In this document: positions 28,495-38,034 of the stretch, in pieces | How positions within the stretch are numbered: position 1 is the first letter of the stretch | Layout of the letters: every line of letters begins with the position of its first letter | Assembly: GCA_963782445.1 (NCBI GenBank) | Contig: CAWAJM010000001.1 | Location: 1,675,154 to 1,739,153 of the forward strand | Direction: 5' to 3' | From: an uncultured Gammaproteobacteria bacterium | GTDB taxonomy: Bacteria > Pseudomonadota > Gammaproteobacteria > Steroidobacterales > Rariloculaceae | Length of the DNA stretch: 64,000 nucleotides | Notes under the pieces: generated by a model | The model's input: the letters and a program-made list of their open reading frames with translations, nothing else | Databases searched by the model: none | Told to the model about the DNA's origin: nothing | Position numbers and translations under genes: made by a program

Positions 28495-30699
28495 TTGTTC
28501 ATACCCTTGCGCAGCCTCTACAGTTCGGGAACCGGGAGATGCCAGGGCGTGACAACACCGCAATCCAAACTACGGGAGAGTATTGTCAAAGGTGCGATCG
28601 AGCACCTCGACTGGACGCGCCTGAAAACCCATCTCGACGAGATCGCTCCGGATGACGCTTCGGCGGAAGCACTGCTGGGCCATCTACGACGAAGCAGCAC
28701 GCTGATACTCCGTTACCCCGACAGCAACAGGGAATCGCGGCGCGCCGCGTTCTTCCAGTCCTTGAGCCGGTATTTCGCTGAAACGTTCGGTGGTACTGCG
28801 GCCAGTTCTCTCCAGGAGGAGCTGGCATTGCTCGATAAGGTTGAGCACGGCTATCGCGGCATCCTGCAAACGCTCGATGGCTGCGACATCAGCGGGCTGC
28901 CGCCGGAGAAGCGGCTGGCGGCATATATCAGCCGTGCGGAGGAGGAATTCAGTCTGTTGATGGCTAGGCATGACGAAGCCGCCAAGAGGGCCAAAGAAAT
29001 CCTCATACCGCAAGGAGTTCTTCTCGCGGGAGAATCCGGAGAGCGGTTCTCCATGGACCACGGCATCTCCAGTATTGTGGAGAGCTTTGGCATTACGCTG
29101 CTGATGGAAGCGCACAAGAACCGCCTTTTCGACGCGCAGGGACACGTTCTCTTGCCCCCTCTCCCGGCCGCAACGGAGGAAGACCGTTACAAGGCAGGCT
29201 CGACGCAGGTGCTTGCCACGTGCTGGCAGCAATGGGAACGCACGGAAGAGCGGCGGCGCTTCCTTGGCGGGGAATTCGAAGAGCATTCTGCCCCCGATCT
29301 CCCGTCGTGGGTGCCGGAGGGCATACGCCATGTCTATATCTACCATCCGACCAAGATGGAGTTCTTCGATTTCGCGGCCAACGAGCGGCTCAACGAGCGT
29401 CTCATCCTGACATACATGGAGATGTCCGTGGAAACGGGCATGGAAGCCCAGGCCGCCGGCATCGGCGGCGCCGTACCTCTGCTGCCTGCCGCGTTTGTCA
29501 GCGCCGAAGAGGCGCATACCGCCGTCGCTCTCTGCGAGATCCTGAACTACAGCATTGCCGAAGACACGGCGAGTCCCGGTGGCCTCCGATTCATCGAGTG
29601 GCTGAGGGGATATGCCGTCCTCAAGGAGCTCGCTCAGAAGCAGCAGAGCGCCAGCAACAATACACAGCATGTCTTTTCGATGACGCCCGACGAGCTCCAG
29701 AGCGTGCTGACGCGCTGCGGCCTGACGGAGGAGCGGGCGCGAACGTTCATTGACCTCGTAACCCTCGGCAAATCAGCCAAGGATCTTTTCGACTGCCCGC
29801 TCGTCAAGACGGCTGAAGGAGCCCTGATGGTTTTCGGTTTCGCCCTGTACTCAGCCAACCTTGCCCGAATCATCTTCTCATCGATCGCGGGCACCGGCGA
29901 GCCGCTTTCGCGCAAGGGCAAAGCATTCGAGCGGGAAACGATGTCCTTTCTGAAGGAGCAAGGTCTGCGTGCCGAGTCCTTCACCGTGCACCGGGAAGGG
30001 GAGGAATTCGAGTATGACGTAACGCTCCTGTGGAACCATTATCTGTTCGTGTTTGAATGCAAGAACCGCGGCCTTTCCAATAATCATCCCATTCAGGCCT
30101 ACTATTTCGAGTTGGAGCGGCGTTCCAGCGCAAAGCAGGTAAACCGCCTGGTTGATGCGCTCGCCGCCAACCCTGACATCCTGCGCGAACGATTTGATGT
30201 CGAGCCCGCCGACATCGAGATCGTGCCGTGTGTTCTTCATGCACTGCCGTATTCAAGGGTCGGGAAAGTCGATGGCGTCTATTTCACCGACGCATCGGCC
30301 CTGCGAAGGTTTTTCCAGGAACGGTACTTCCATGTTCGCGCCCCGCACCAAATTGACGAGAACGTGCGGCTCCTGCACAGGGCGACGGTGCGCTCTGCCT
30401 GGACGGGAGACCAGCCGGCGCCCGAAGACCTTATCGGCCAGCTCGAGCACCCGTTTCAGCTCGAACTCATTATGGCCCATACGACGTTGACATCCTTAGC
30501 TGTACCGCTCGGGCCGCAAACGGCGTTCGCGGCTGAAGAGCTGGTGAGGACGCCAATGACGGTCGAATCCTACGCGGAATTTGCCGGGGTCTCCGCGCAG
30601 GGAATCCGCAATGACTTAAAAGCGGTGTCAGACCAGGTCCGCCAGCTCAAAAGAAAGGCATCGCGGCGCCGCAAAGGAAAGGGAAAGCGACGCAGGTGA
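28495..30699 (+). CDS. Large protein with C-terminal NERD / PD-(D/E)XK-like nuclease domain
   Basis: KGKAFE...EYDV...VFECK...KQVNR; start uncertain. Confidence 0.75.
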   Translation: MFIPLRSLYSSGTGRCQGVTTPQSKLRESIVKGAIEHLDWTRLKTHLDEIAPDDASAEALLGHLRRSSTLILRYPDSNRESRRAAFFQSLSRYFAETFGGTAASSLQEELALLDKVEHGYRGILQTLDGCDISGLPPEKRLAAYISRAEEEFSLLMARHDEAAKRAKEILIPQGVLLAGESGERFSMDHGISSIVESFGITLLMEAHKNRLFDAQGHVLLPPLPAATEEDRYKAGSTQVLATCWQQWERTEERRRFLGGEFEEHSAPDLPSWVPEGIRHVYIYHPTKMEFFDFAANERLNERLILTYMEMSVETGMEAQAAGIGGAVPLLPAAFVSAEEAHTAVALCEILNYSIAEDTASPGGLRFIEWLRGYAVLKELAQKQQSASNNTQHVFSMTPDELQSVLTRCGLTEERARTFIDLVTLGKSAKDLFDCPLVKTAEGALMVFGFALYSANLARIIFSSIAGTGEPLSRKGKAFERETMSFLKEQGLRAESFTVHREGEEFEYDVTLLWNHYLFVFECKNRGLSNNHPIQAYYFELERRSSAKQVNRLVDALAANPDILRERFDVEPADIEIVPCVLHALPYSRVGKVDGVYFTDASALRRFFQERYFHVRAPHQIDENVRLLHRATVRSAWTGDQPAPEDLIGQLEHPFQLELIMAHTTLTSLAVPLGPQTAFAAEELVRTPMTVESYAEFAGVSAQGIRNDLKAVSDQVRQLKRKASRRRKGKGKRRR

Positions 30700-30866
30700 T
30701 TGCGCCTAGGTGCGGGCGCGCGGCCGACCTCGAATTCAGCGACCTCGCCGGTAATGCCGAGCGGCTGGCCGGTCAGCACGGGGTAGCGCTGCGCCGCCCT
30801 TTTTCGCCCGGCCCAGCACTTTCCTGATTTCATCCCTCTTCTCGTCCATCGGTTCCCCGTTTCCGC

Positions 30867-32249
30867 TTACAGGCCGGGCACGATGAATTGCGGCAGCATG
30901 GCGCTGACCCATTCCGGCGAGGCGTTGAAGCGCGGGTCGAACAGCCGGTGCACCGGGGCGTAAAGGCTGCTCACCACAGCCGGCAGGTTTCCGATTACTT
31001 CAGCCTGCGTGAAACACAAGGCAACCCCTCTCTCGTCGGCTTCGCAGCGGTGCGGACGCCAGCCGTATCGTTCGCGGTTGCCTGCCGCCAGCGTTCTGCC
31101 CCTGAGACCCTTCCACTGAATGTCGAAGCAAATCTCTTCGACCTCTTCCCATTCTTCTGAAAAGGCGCGCGCATGCCTAGCGAGTTCCGTAACGTCACGC
31201 ACGTGCAGCCACGGATCAAACCACTTCGCGTCTTCCCCCAATTCTTCGTGGACACGCCGGTCCTCCCGAAAATCCCTGATGAGACTTACACGCCCGTCCA
31301 GCGCGATCCGCCAGAAGTCGATGCTTCCCGTTTCACTCTTCTCGGCCATGCTGGTCTGCAGGAATTCGGTCTGGCCATCATCGACACCAGCGTCCGTCAT
31401 AAAGCGCGGCATAATCTCTGCGCGCGTGAACGGGTAGAACATGCTCCAGCCGTAGCGCACCGTGTCGCGGGTGGCCGCCTGCGCTTTCTCGAGGATCTCG
31501 AAGGCGCGATCGGCCGGAAGAACCGCGCCGCGGCGGGTCCGAATCATGTATGAGAACTGCAGAAAGTTTTCCACAACGGGGAAGCGCCGTTCGAGTTCCA
31601 TGCCGGCAACTTCCTTCAGGAAAGCCTTCTGCGTTGCCCGATGCCATTCGGCGAGTTTTTCCCGCTCCGCCGTTTCGCCGCGCTGCGCGCCTGCGCCGCC
31701 CGAGACGATTGCCGCAAACATCTCGATCAGTTCGTCTCGGCGCGACAGCACACAGCGCTGGATCAGTTTGTCCCATTGCTCCGGGGTCGTAACCGGGACG
31801 CTCTCCGGCTTCGGCGTCCGGATGTAAACCTGCCCTGATCGGATGCCTTGCGGCTGGCCTTTCTCATCATGGGGGCCGTCCGCCCTTGCGCTCACAGGAC
31901 TTGGGCCGTGCGCGGGAATCCAGACGACCGGGTGTTCGACGCCTTCGCAGCTTTCAAACTGCACGTCGCACTGGAACTTGGGCCGGAGATAGCGATCAAT
32001 GATCCCGGCCAGCACGTCGTGGCTGTAAAACTTGCGCACATCTTCTTTGACCGCGCATCTTGTGCCGTCATCGTTGAACCCGAATACCAGGTAGCCGCCG
32101 CCGTAGTTGGCGATTGCCGCGAGGTGCCTTGCGATGCCCGCACGCGCGGCCTTGTCGGTCAGATCAATCCAGGACTTTAGTTCCAGCCATTCGCGCTCAG
32201 CGGGCTTTCCGACAAGGTCCTGTAGCTCTGTGATCTGTTGCGTGAACAT
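30867..32249 (-). CDS. Schlafen/AlbA_2-domain protein
   Basis: E-x3-LELKSW, AAIANYGGGYLVFG and VYIR motifs. Confidence 0.85.
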   Translation of the reverse strand: MFTQQITELQDLVGKPAEREWLELKSWIDLTDKAARAGIARHLAAIANYGGGYLVFGFNDDGTRCAVKEDVRKFYSHDVLAGIIDRYLRPKFQCDVQFESCEGVEHPVVWIPAHGPSPVSARADGPHDEKGQPQGIRSGQVYIRTPKPESVPVTTPEQWDKLIQRCVLSRRDELIEMFAAIVSGGAGAQRGETAEREKLAEWHRATQKAFLKEVAGMELERRFPVVENFLQFSYMIRTRRGAVLPADRAFEILEKAQAATRDTVRYGWSMFYPFTRAEIMPRFMTDAGVDDGQTEFLQTSMAEKSETGSIDFWRIALDGRVSLIRDFREDRRVHEELGEDAKWFDPWLHVRDVTELARHARAFSEEWEEVEEICFDIQWKGLRGRTLAAGNRERYGWRPHRCEADERGVALCFTQAEVIGNLPAVVSSLYAPVHRLFDPRFNASPEWVSAMLPQFIVPGL

Positions 32250-32281
32250 GGCCCGTAATCATTCCTCCGCGGTCGCGGGGC

Positions 32282-32683
32282 CTAAACCGCGCCATAGGTA
32301 ATATCGATCTCATAGGAAGCCTTCAGCATGCAGGCGTGCTTGTTGATGCGCTCGCGATCCTGCCATCCTGAGCAAGCCGCTTCGCCTGATGCCTTGCTTT
32401 GCCGTTGCCGCACGGCCACGGCCACAGCGCCGCCGAAGTCAAAGCCACCGAGAACGCATTCCCGGAACGGGCACCTGATTTCGAAGAACGCTTTCATCCC
32501 AGGCGAATAGGTCCGCGTCTGGGGTTCAGGGTCGCACTGTCCGTCGGCGTCCTTGAATCGTACGGCGATCCTGATGCTGCGCACGCCCGGATATTCCGCC
32601 GCGATTGTTTGCGCATAGCTTTCGCGCTCGTACCGCCGCAGTTCATGCGCCTCGGCGGCATCCGGCCGCTTCTTCCGCGCCAT
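32282..32683 (-). CDS. Small putative Zn-binding protein
   Basis: CPFREC...GGFD...CSG...C (four-Cys pattern); GGAG RBS; directly upstream of the Schlafen gene. Confidence 0.7.
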   Translation of the reverse strand: MARKKRPDAAEAHELRRYERESYAQTIAAEYPGVRSIRIAVRFKDADGQCDPEPQTRTYSPGMKAFFEIRCPFRECVLGGFDFGGAVAVAVRQRQSKASGEAACSGWQDRERINKHACMLKASYEIDITYGAV

Positions 32684-32838
32684 CCGGCTGCTCCCTTTCT
32701 GTATCGTCCGGACGAGGATTAGGCCCGCGCGGCGGCGATGTCAATGGCGAAGTCGCCCCGTGCTTACCTCGTTCGCCGGCCCTTCCGGCATCAGCGCACC
32801 GCGAAACCGGGCGCAGTACCCTGCCGCAACAGCTTTCC

Positions 32839-33777
32839 TCAGAATGTCCGCGTGAAGAACAGAATCGCCCCCCAGCGTGACTTTGTTTCAAAGCTTATTG
32901 ACGTTTCGCCCGGTGGGAGCGGCTGGCCCTTTTCAAAGCCATCGGCAAGTGAATTCACATCTGAATCGAGCATCGCTCCGAAGCCTATCGAGAAGCCGTC
33001 GGACTTGTCTTCCTGATCACCTTTCCATCCGATCATGCCGCCGAGCGCGAAGGCGGATATCAGCTTGTCGTCCTTGGCGACAATCCCGAAGAACGGGCCG
33101 AAGCCGCGCTCGCCCGCATTGCACTTCTCGGATTTGCACCAGCCGTAATAGTGGCTTTCCAGAATGACACGCGGCTCCTGCGACTCGTCACTGGTCGCGC
33201 GCACGCTGCCATCAGCGCCGATTTCGGCAGCCGAAATACGGTCGCCGCTTGAAAAGGAAGCGCCGATTCCAACGCCAAACGATAGCCCCATGAAGTCCTT
33301 TTCCGCCTTTGCCGCGCCTTCGTCTTCGTCCAACGTCGTAAGCAAGGGCTGAAACATTGCGCTGCTCACCGCGGCCTGGCCGGGTTCCAGCGCAATCAGC
33401 TGCGAACGTGCGTTCTCAACGCAGTCGCGGTAAGTACGAATAGCGGCGTATCTTTCGCGCGCCGGCTTTGCCGTCTTTGGCTCGTTACGTATCTGAAGAG
33501 CCTTGTTGCATTGATCCAGATATCTCTGGCTGGGCGAGAGGGTTTCCGGGGTGCCGAGGAGCTGGCCGGGCTGCAAACTCGCATCCAGCGCTCTGGACCA
33601 AATGGACCCATCGAGAATGCTGGCCAGGTGTTCCGGGCTGCTTTCGCTCAGCCCGTAGAGCTCGATCGGGATTGGCCGCGCCGCAGCACCCTGCGCAAAT
33701 GATAACCGGCAAAAACATGCAGCAATCGAGAGCGAGATAACGACAGACATTACCCTGCGAAGAGAGGACATCGGCAT
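32839..33777 (-). CDS. Exported / outer-membrane protein
   Basis: Signal-like N-terminus, amphipathic beta-strand C-terminal half, terminal Phe. Confidence 0.65.
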   Translation of the reverse strand: MPMSSLRRVMSVVISLSIAACFCRLSFAQGAAARPIPIELYGLSESSPEHLASILDGSIWSRALDASLQPGQLLGTPETLSPSQRYLDQCNKALQIRNEPKTAKPARERYAAIRTYRDCVENARSQLIALEPGQAAVSSAMFQPLLTTLDEDEGAAKAEKDFMGLSFGVGIGASFSSGDRISAAEIGADGSVRATSDESQEPRVILESHYYGWCKSEKCNAGERGFGPFFGIVAKDDKLISAFALGGMIGWKGDQEDKSDGFSIGFGAMLDSDVNSLADGFEKGQPLPPGETSISFETKSRWGAILFFTRTF

Positions 33778-34004
33778 ATCCCTCCAGTATTCCGGTCGGC
33801 ACTTGCGCCAACGAACCAAGTGAAACCGCGCAACCCCGAATACGGCCGCGCCAAAGATCTTTCGGAAATCGCAATATGTGCGTGCAATGCAACTTATACT
33901 GCATTGTGGCTCCGGCAGCAACGGGCCCGAGCCGGCCCCGCTGGCGCCTACCGCTTTTGTTTAGTTCAATAATGATCCGGGCGGCAATCCCGATACCGGC
34001 ATCG

Positions 34005-34559
34005 ATGATTTTGTGGACGATTCAGCCAGAGGCTGCCGTCAGGCAGATGGAACGAACGGGCATGTTGCGCGGCGACGGGCGGCGTGTCTGGCCGGAATTC
34101 CGGTACGTTTGCCGCTGGATGAACGGGCAGATGCGGCAAAGGCTCGGGCCGCCGCCTTCGCGCGGCAGCCGTTTCCCGGTCTGGGCATGGAAGCGCTTCA
34201 GCGCGGACTCGCCGCGGCCTGATCTGCGCCTCAGGGCGCAGCTCCCGACAGGAACGTACGGCGCGCGGCTTGAAATCGACGTGCCTGACGAGCGCGTCCT
34301 GCTCTCGAGGTTTGATGGATGGATGCGCGTGTATTACGGTGATTTCGTGTCTGACGGCCCGCGCGAAGAAGAGGAGGTGGAAAAGCAGCAAGTCTGGCGC
34401 GACCGGGCGCGGGTCGAGCGAAGCTGGGAGCGCATCTTCGAACTCGAACGGGGCGATCCGGCATGGTACGGCGACCCTTCCACGCGCAGCATACAGGCAA
34501 CGCTCTGGTATGTGCGTCTTGGTGAAGTACGCAAGATGACCTGGTTTACGGCGCGCTAG
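34005..34559 (+). CDS. DUF3841-like protein
   Basis: LWTIQP, PVWAW, VLLSRFDGW and IQATLW motifs. Confidence 0.75.
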   Translation: MILWTIQPEAAVRQMERTGMLRGDGRRVWPEFRYVCRWMNGQMRQRLGPPPSRGSRFPVWAWKRFSADSPRPDLRLRAQLPTGTYGARLEIDVPDERVLLSRFDGWMRVYYGDFVSDGPREEEEVEKQQVWRDRARVERSWERIFELERGDPAWYGDPSTRSIQATLWYVRLGEVRKMTWFTAR

Positions 34560-34732
34560 GCGCGCCTTTGTTTCTTTGGGGGGGAAAGCCTTCCCCCTAG
34601 GCTCAACTCTCGCTTCGCGGATTTTCGCCATACCCCCTTCTGCGGGAGTCCACCCCGCAACGCCCCGGATCACGGACGCCGGCTATACCGGCGGCGTTGT
34701 CCGTTCTGCTTGGGGGCGCCGCCCCCCAGCGC

Positions 34733-34851
34733 GCGCGAGCGAAAACGAAGGGCCGCAAAGATCGTTGCTTTTCCGGCTTTCCGCCCTTCATTCGAAGGGG
34801 CGGAAGCCTTCCGGAAAAGCCAGACGATCTTGCGTCGTTTTCGCTTTGCGC
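34733..34851. repeat. ~120-nt imperfect palindrome
   Basis: Nested arms GAGCGAAAACGA/TCGTTTTCGCTT, AAGATCGT/ACGATCTT, GCTTTTCCGG/CCGGAAAAGC and TTCCGCCC/GGGCGGAA around ~34790. Confidence 0.8.
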
Positions 34852-34958
34852 TTGCACCCCCCGTTCTCGGCGAAGGCCAGGGGGTCATGTCTGACCCCCA
34901 TTTCTATTTCTTTTGGGGGCCAAGGACGACACCGCGTATCAAGGAAAGGAAATACACG

Positions 34959-35207
34959 ATGACCACTGCCGAACTACTCTGGAAACAACGCGTCCATGAC
35001 CATCTGGTCGGCAGACGCATCACCGCTATCCGCTATATGAGCGGCAGTGAAGCCGATGAATGCGGCTGGATGCGCCGCCCCGTCGTATTGCAATTCGACG
35101 ACGGGCACTACCTCTTTCCCATGCAGGACGACGAAGGCAATGACGGCGGCGCGCTTGCCACCAGCTATGACGATCTTCCCACGGTGCCCGTCATGCCAGG
35201 CCGGTGA
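34959..35207 (+). CDS. Small phage/MGE-type hypothetical protein
   Basis: 82 aa, RBS AAGGA, motif QDDEGNDGGAL. Confidence 0.7.
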   Translation: MTTAELLWKQRVHDHLVGRRITAIRYMSGSEADECGWMRRPVVLQFDDGHYLFPMQDDEGNDGGALATSYDDLPTVPVMPGR

Positions 35208-35282
35208 TTGCAGCACAGAGCGGCGTTTTGCGCGCCGCTCCCCGGTGCAATCGCGCGCCAGCAAGAAGAAGGAAAAGAAGTA

Positions 35283-35876
35283 ATGCCTTTGTACAACTTT
35301 GCGACCTACGCCAGCGTGCGCGAGGAATGGGCCATTCGCGCCGATAACCTTGCGCAGGCCCGGAAACTGATCGGCGATGATCCGTCCGGTAACTGGCTGG
35401 ATCATGCCTTTCATCTCGACGCCGAGCCGGTCGAGCGCCGCGACGAGTTCGTGCTGGACGATGAAGATGCGCCAGCGGTCGAGGAGATCACCCCGGATCA
35501 TTGGGGATGGCGCAGCGCAAACGCGGATGCGATCACGCGTTCGCTGCATCAGAACGTTGCGGCCATTGCCGCCGAGTTCCATACACACCGCCTGTGCGAT
35601 CCGTTCTATGCGCGCTTTGTGGATCACGTCAATGGGTTTACCGGCCTGTTCGATCTCTGCGTTTCGCTGGCCGAGGCGCTCACCGCATGGGAAACGGCGA
35701 ACGGCATGGGAGAAGCCTATGAACGGGCCGGTGTCGCGTGGATCGAAACCGTGGAGGATTTCACCGAAACCTTCCTTGAAACCGCGCTTGATGACGACGC
35801 GCTGCCAAACCCCGCGCAGCTTCTGCCCGGCATTCAGGTCTTCCGCCACCTCAAACGGACAGGAGAGGCCTCATGA
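35283..35876 (+). CDS. Acidic hypothetical protein
   Basis: ORF in an operon with its neighbours; the stop overlaps the next start. Confidence 0.65.
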   Translation: MPLYNFATYASVREEWAIRADNLAQARKLIGDDPSGNWLDHAFHLDAEPVERRDEFVLDDEDAPAVEEITPDHWGWRSANADAITRSLHQNVAAIAAEFHTHRLCDPFYARFVDHVNGFTGLFDLCVSLAEALTAWETANGMGEAYERAGVAWIETVEDFTETFLETALDDDALPNPAQLLPGIQVFRHLKRTGEAS

Positions 35877-36103
35877 CGATCACCGATCTTATCCTCGACG
35901 AGCAGGCCGCCATGAAGGCGGCGCTTGAACGCTGCTACGGCGTGCTTGATCTTTGCGTGCGCCATCCGGAGGGGACATTCGATAAGGACTTGTGCGCGAT
36001 TGATGTTGAACTCTTCGGCGTGCGCTTTCGCGCCCGTCTGGACGACCGCGACGGTCACCGGTTTGCGCGGTTTGCCCCGGCGGGGCGTCCGCCCGATGAT
36101 TGA
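35873..36103 (+). CDS. Small hypothetical protein
   Basis: AGGAG RBS and ATGA coupling. Confidence 0.55.
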   Translation: MTITDLILDEQAAMKAALERCYGVLDLCVRHPEGTFDKDLCAIDVELFGVRFRARLDDRDGHRFARFAPAGRPPDD

Positions 36104-36166
36104 GGCAGGCGCGAAGCACCGGACGACCTGACCGCTCACAGCAGCCAGACGTTACGCAACTTTCCC

Positions 36167-36706
36167 TTAGACGAACTTCTGAACGCCGTCGCGCAGCTCC
36201 GCTGCCATCCCGACCATTTGCTCAAGGATCTTCTCCACCGGAATGTCGCGCCGGATGATGCCATCGATCGCCCGCTTCCTTTCCTTCGCATCGGCGAATG
36301 CGTTAGCCACGATGTCGATTCGGTCCCGGCAGCGCGCAACGGCGATGAAGTCATCAATGTTGCTGCCGACGATGTCCGACAGCGCCTGTGTGTGGGCCAA
36401 AAACCCTTGTACGAGTTTGTATTTTCCGCTGAACCACCACCAATGATCGTCTTCCAATTCCTCTATCGTCTTATTTATGTCGATTTTGTGCTCGATAAAT
36501 GCCTGTCGGAGAGCCTCACACTGTGTGACCAATTCCTTTGAAAGCGCATAGGCTGCGGCGGGCAGCTGGGCGATAACTTCCGACATCGTGTGCAATGGAT
36601 GCTCTTCCTTCGCACTTTGCCGCAGGAAACTCAGCAGTTGCGATACGAGGGTCAGGCCAGCGGAGCCCGTTTCAAAGGCAAGCTTGACGTCTACAGGAGT
36701 CATCAC
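36167..36706 (-). CDS. Hypothetical protein
   Basis: 179-aa helical ORF with GGAGG RBS. Confidence 0.65.
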   Translation of the reverse strand: MMTPVDVKLAFETGSAGLTLVSQLLSFLRQSAKEEHPLHTMSEVIAQLPAAAYALSKELVTQCEALRQAFIEHKIDINKTIEELEDDHWWWFSGKYKLVQGFLAHTQALSDIVGSNIDDFIAVARCRDRIDIVANAFADAKERKRAIDGIIRRDIPVEKILEQMVGMAAELRDGVQKFV

Positions 36707-36759
36707 TTCTTCCTCCGATTATGATTGTTATGGACTTTTGGAAAGTCTATGAAAGTTTG

Positions 36760-37158
36760 TCACTTGGGGCCAAGTGCGCAGAATCCCGCCGACAAGCTAT
36801 CCCGCAGCGCCGGGCCAGGTCCTCGTTCCTTGATCGCCTTCTCTTCCGCCGCCCTTATGCGGTCGATGATACGCGGAGGTGCGTTCAGCATGATTGCGGC
36901 ATCATACATACTGATCTCGCGCCCGTCGGCCCTGAACGGCATTCGGGGATCGGCGCCCGCGTCCAGAAGCAGCGCGATAACTTCGGCATCGCCGCCTTCG
37001 ATCGCGCTGCCAAGGGGATACTGGCGCATGCCGCGCGCGTCCACATCGGCACCCTTGCTTAGCAAGGCTTGGATTCTTGCTGTGTGTTTCCAGAACACGG
37101 CAAGCTGAAATTCCCGGTTCAGTTTCTTCTGTCGGCGCTCTCTCAATGACTGCAACAT
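36760..37158 (-). CDS. Small ankyrin-repeat protein
   Basis: ALLSKGADVDAR and PLGSA...LLLDAGADP repeats. Confidence 0.75.
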   Translation of the reverse strand: MLQSLRERRQKKLNREFQLAVFWKHTARIQALLSKGADVDARGMRQYPLGSAIEGGDAEVIALLLDAGADPRMPFRADGREISMYDAAIMLNAPPRIIDRIRAAEEKAIKERGPGPALRDSLSAGFCALGPK

Positions 37159-37228
37159 TACAGTTCCTTGATAGAGCGCGCATCCTCCCATGTCAACGTT
37201 GTTATTCGCGTGGTGGCGCATCGCTGCG

Positions 37229-38029
37229 TCAAAGGGACCGGCAGGCGACCGATGCGAAGAACCCCTTGATCGGGATCTTCTCTTCCGTCGTCCACGGAAT
37301 GCTGCTGGGATTCTGTCCTTCGATGGTCAGTGCGGCGTTGCCGCTGCGAAAGCGGAGCGACCCGTTCAGATTGGCAAGCCCGGTGAACAGGTCGTGAAAG
37401 CCGTAGCCGCGGCCGCTTTCTTTCCCGAAACGCGACACGCCGTTGCTCAGCGCAAGTGTCAGCGCCTCGCGGTGATCTGTCACCGCGGCATATTCATCGC
37501 ACTTGCGCAGACTTTCGAGCACGCCGATGCCCCAATCGGCGATGACGAACTCGAAACGCCCCTTTGATGCCTTGAACGCGACGAGCCCGCTGCGCGGATT
37601 CTCGGAATGTTCATAGATATTGCTTTGCAGCTCGCCGAGCGCGGCGGCGAACTGCGCCGCCGTCTGTTTCGGGAAACCGTTCGCGACCGCTGCCTTTTGC
37701 GCAGCAAGGCAGAACGCGATCCACGGCGTGTCGTCGACGGGTACGCGCGCTTGCGTGCGGAACACGCCCATCTTCTGCGTCGCCGGACAGACCCATTTCG
37801 GGCGGCGCGTCCGCAGCGCGCCGTACAGGCTGTCCATCCCGTCAAGCGCAAGCCAGGGCGCGTCGCCGGGCTTGGGAACGATCTCGGCCGCGCCGAGCAG
37901 GGCGTATTCGATGAACGGCCCGAGATCACGCGCGCTCAGATCGAGTACGCCGTCATAATGTGAGAGCCTGCCGCGCACGGCGGCGAAGCCGAGCCCGTCC
38001 ACATCGGAAAAGCCGAGCGGACGGCTCAT
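37229..38029 (-). CDS. GHKL / RsbW-like ATPase (anti-sigma-type kinase)
   Basis: N box ELQSNIYEHS, G1 box IADWGIG, G2 box GVSR...RGYGF, final KG; no HisKA dimerisation domain. Confidence 0.85.
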   Translation of the reverse strand: MSRPLGFSDVDGLGFAAVRGRLSHYDGVLDLSARDLGPFIEYALLGAAEIVPKPGDAPWLALDGMDSLYGALRTRRPKWVCPATQKMGVFRTQARVPVDDTPWIAFCLAAQKAAVANGFPKQTAAQFAAALGELQSNIYEHSENPRSGLVAFKASKGRFEFVIADWGIGVLESLRKCDEYAAVTDHREALTLALSNGVSRFGKESGRGYGFHDLFTGLANLNGSLRFRSGNAALTIEGQNPSSIPWTTEEKIPIKGFFASVACRSL

Positions 38030-38034
38030 GCGCC

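Noticed and set aside
27455-28500. Invertible segment or Tn3 transposon around the small serine recombinase
   Set aside because: I found no flanking inverted repeats and no transposase by eye.
34959-36103. Prophage
   Set aside because: The small genes look phage-like, but no terminase, capsid, tail or lysis genes occur in the window.
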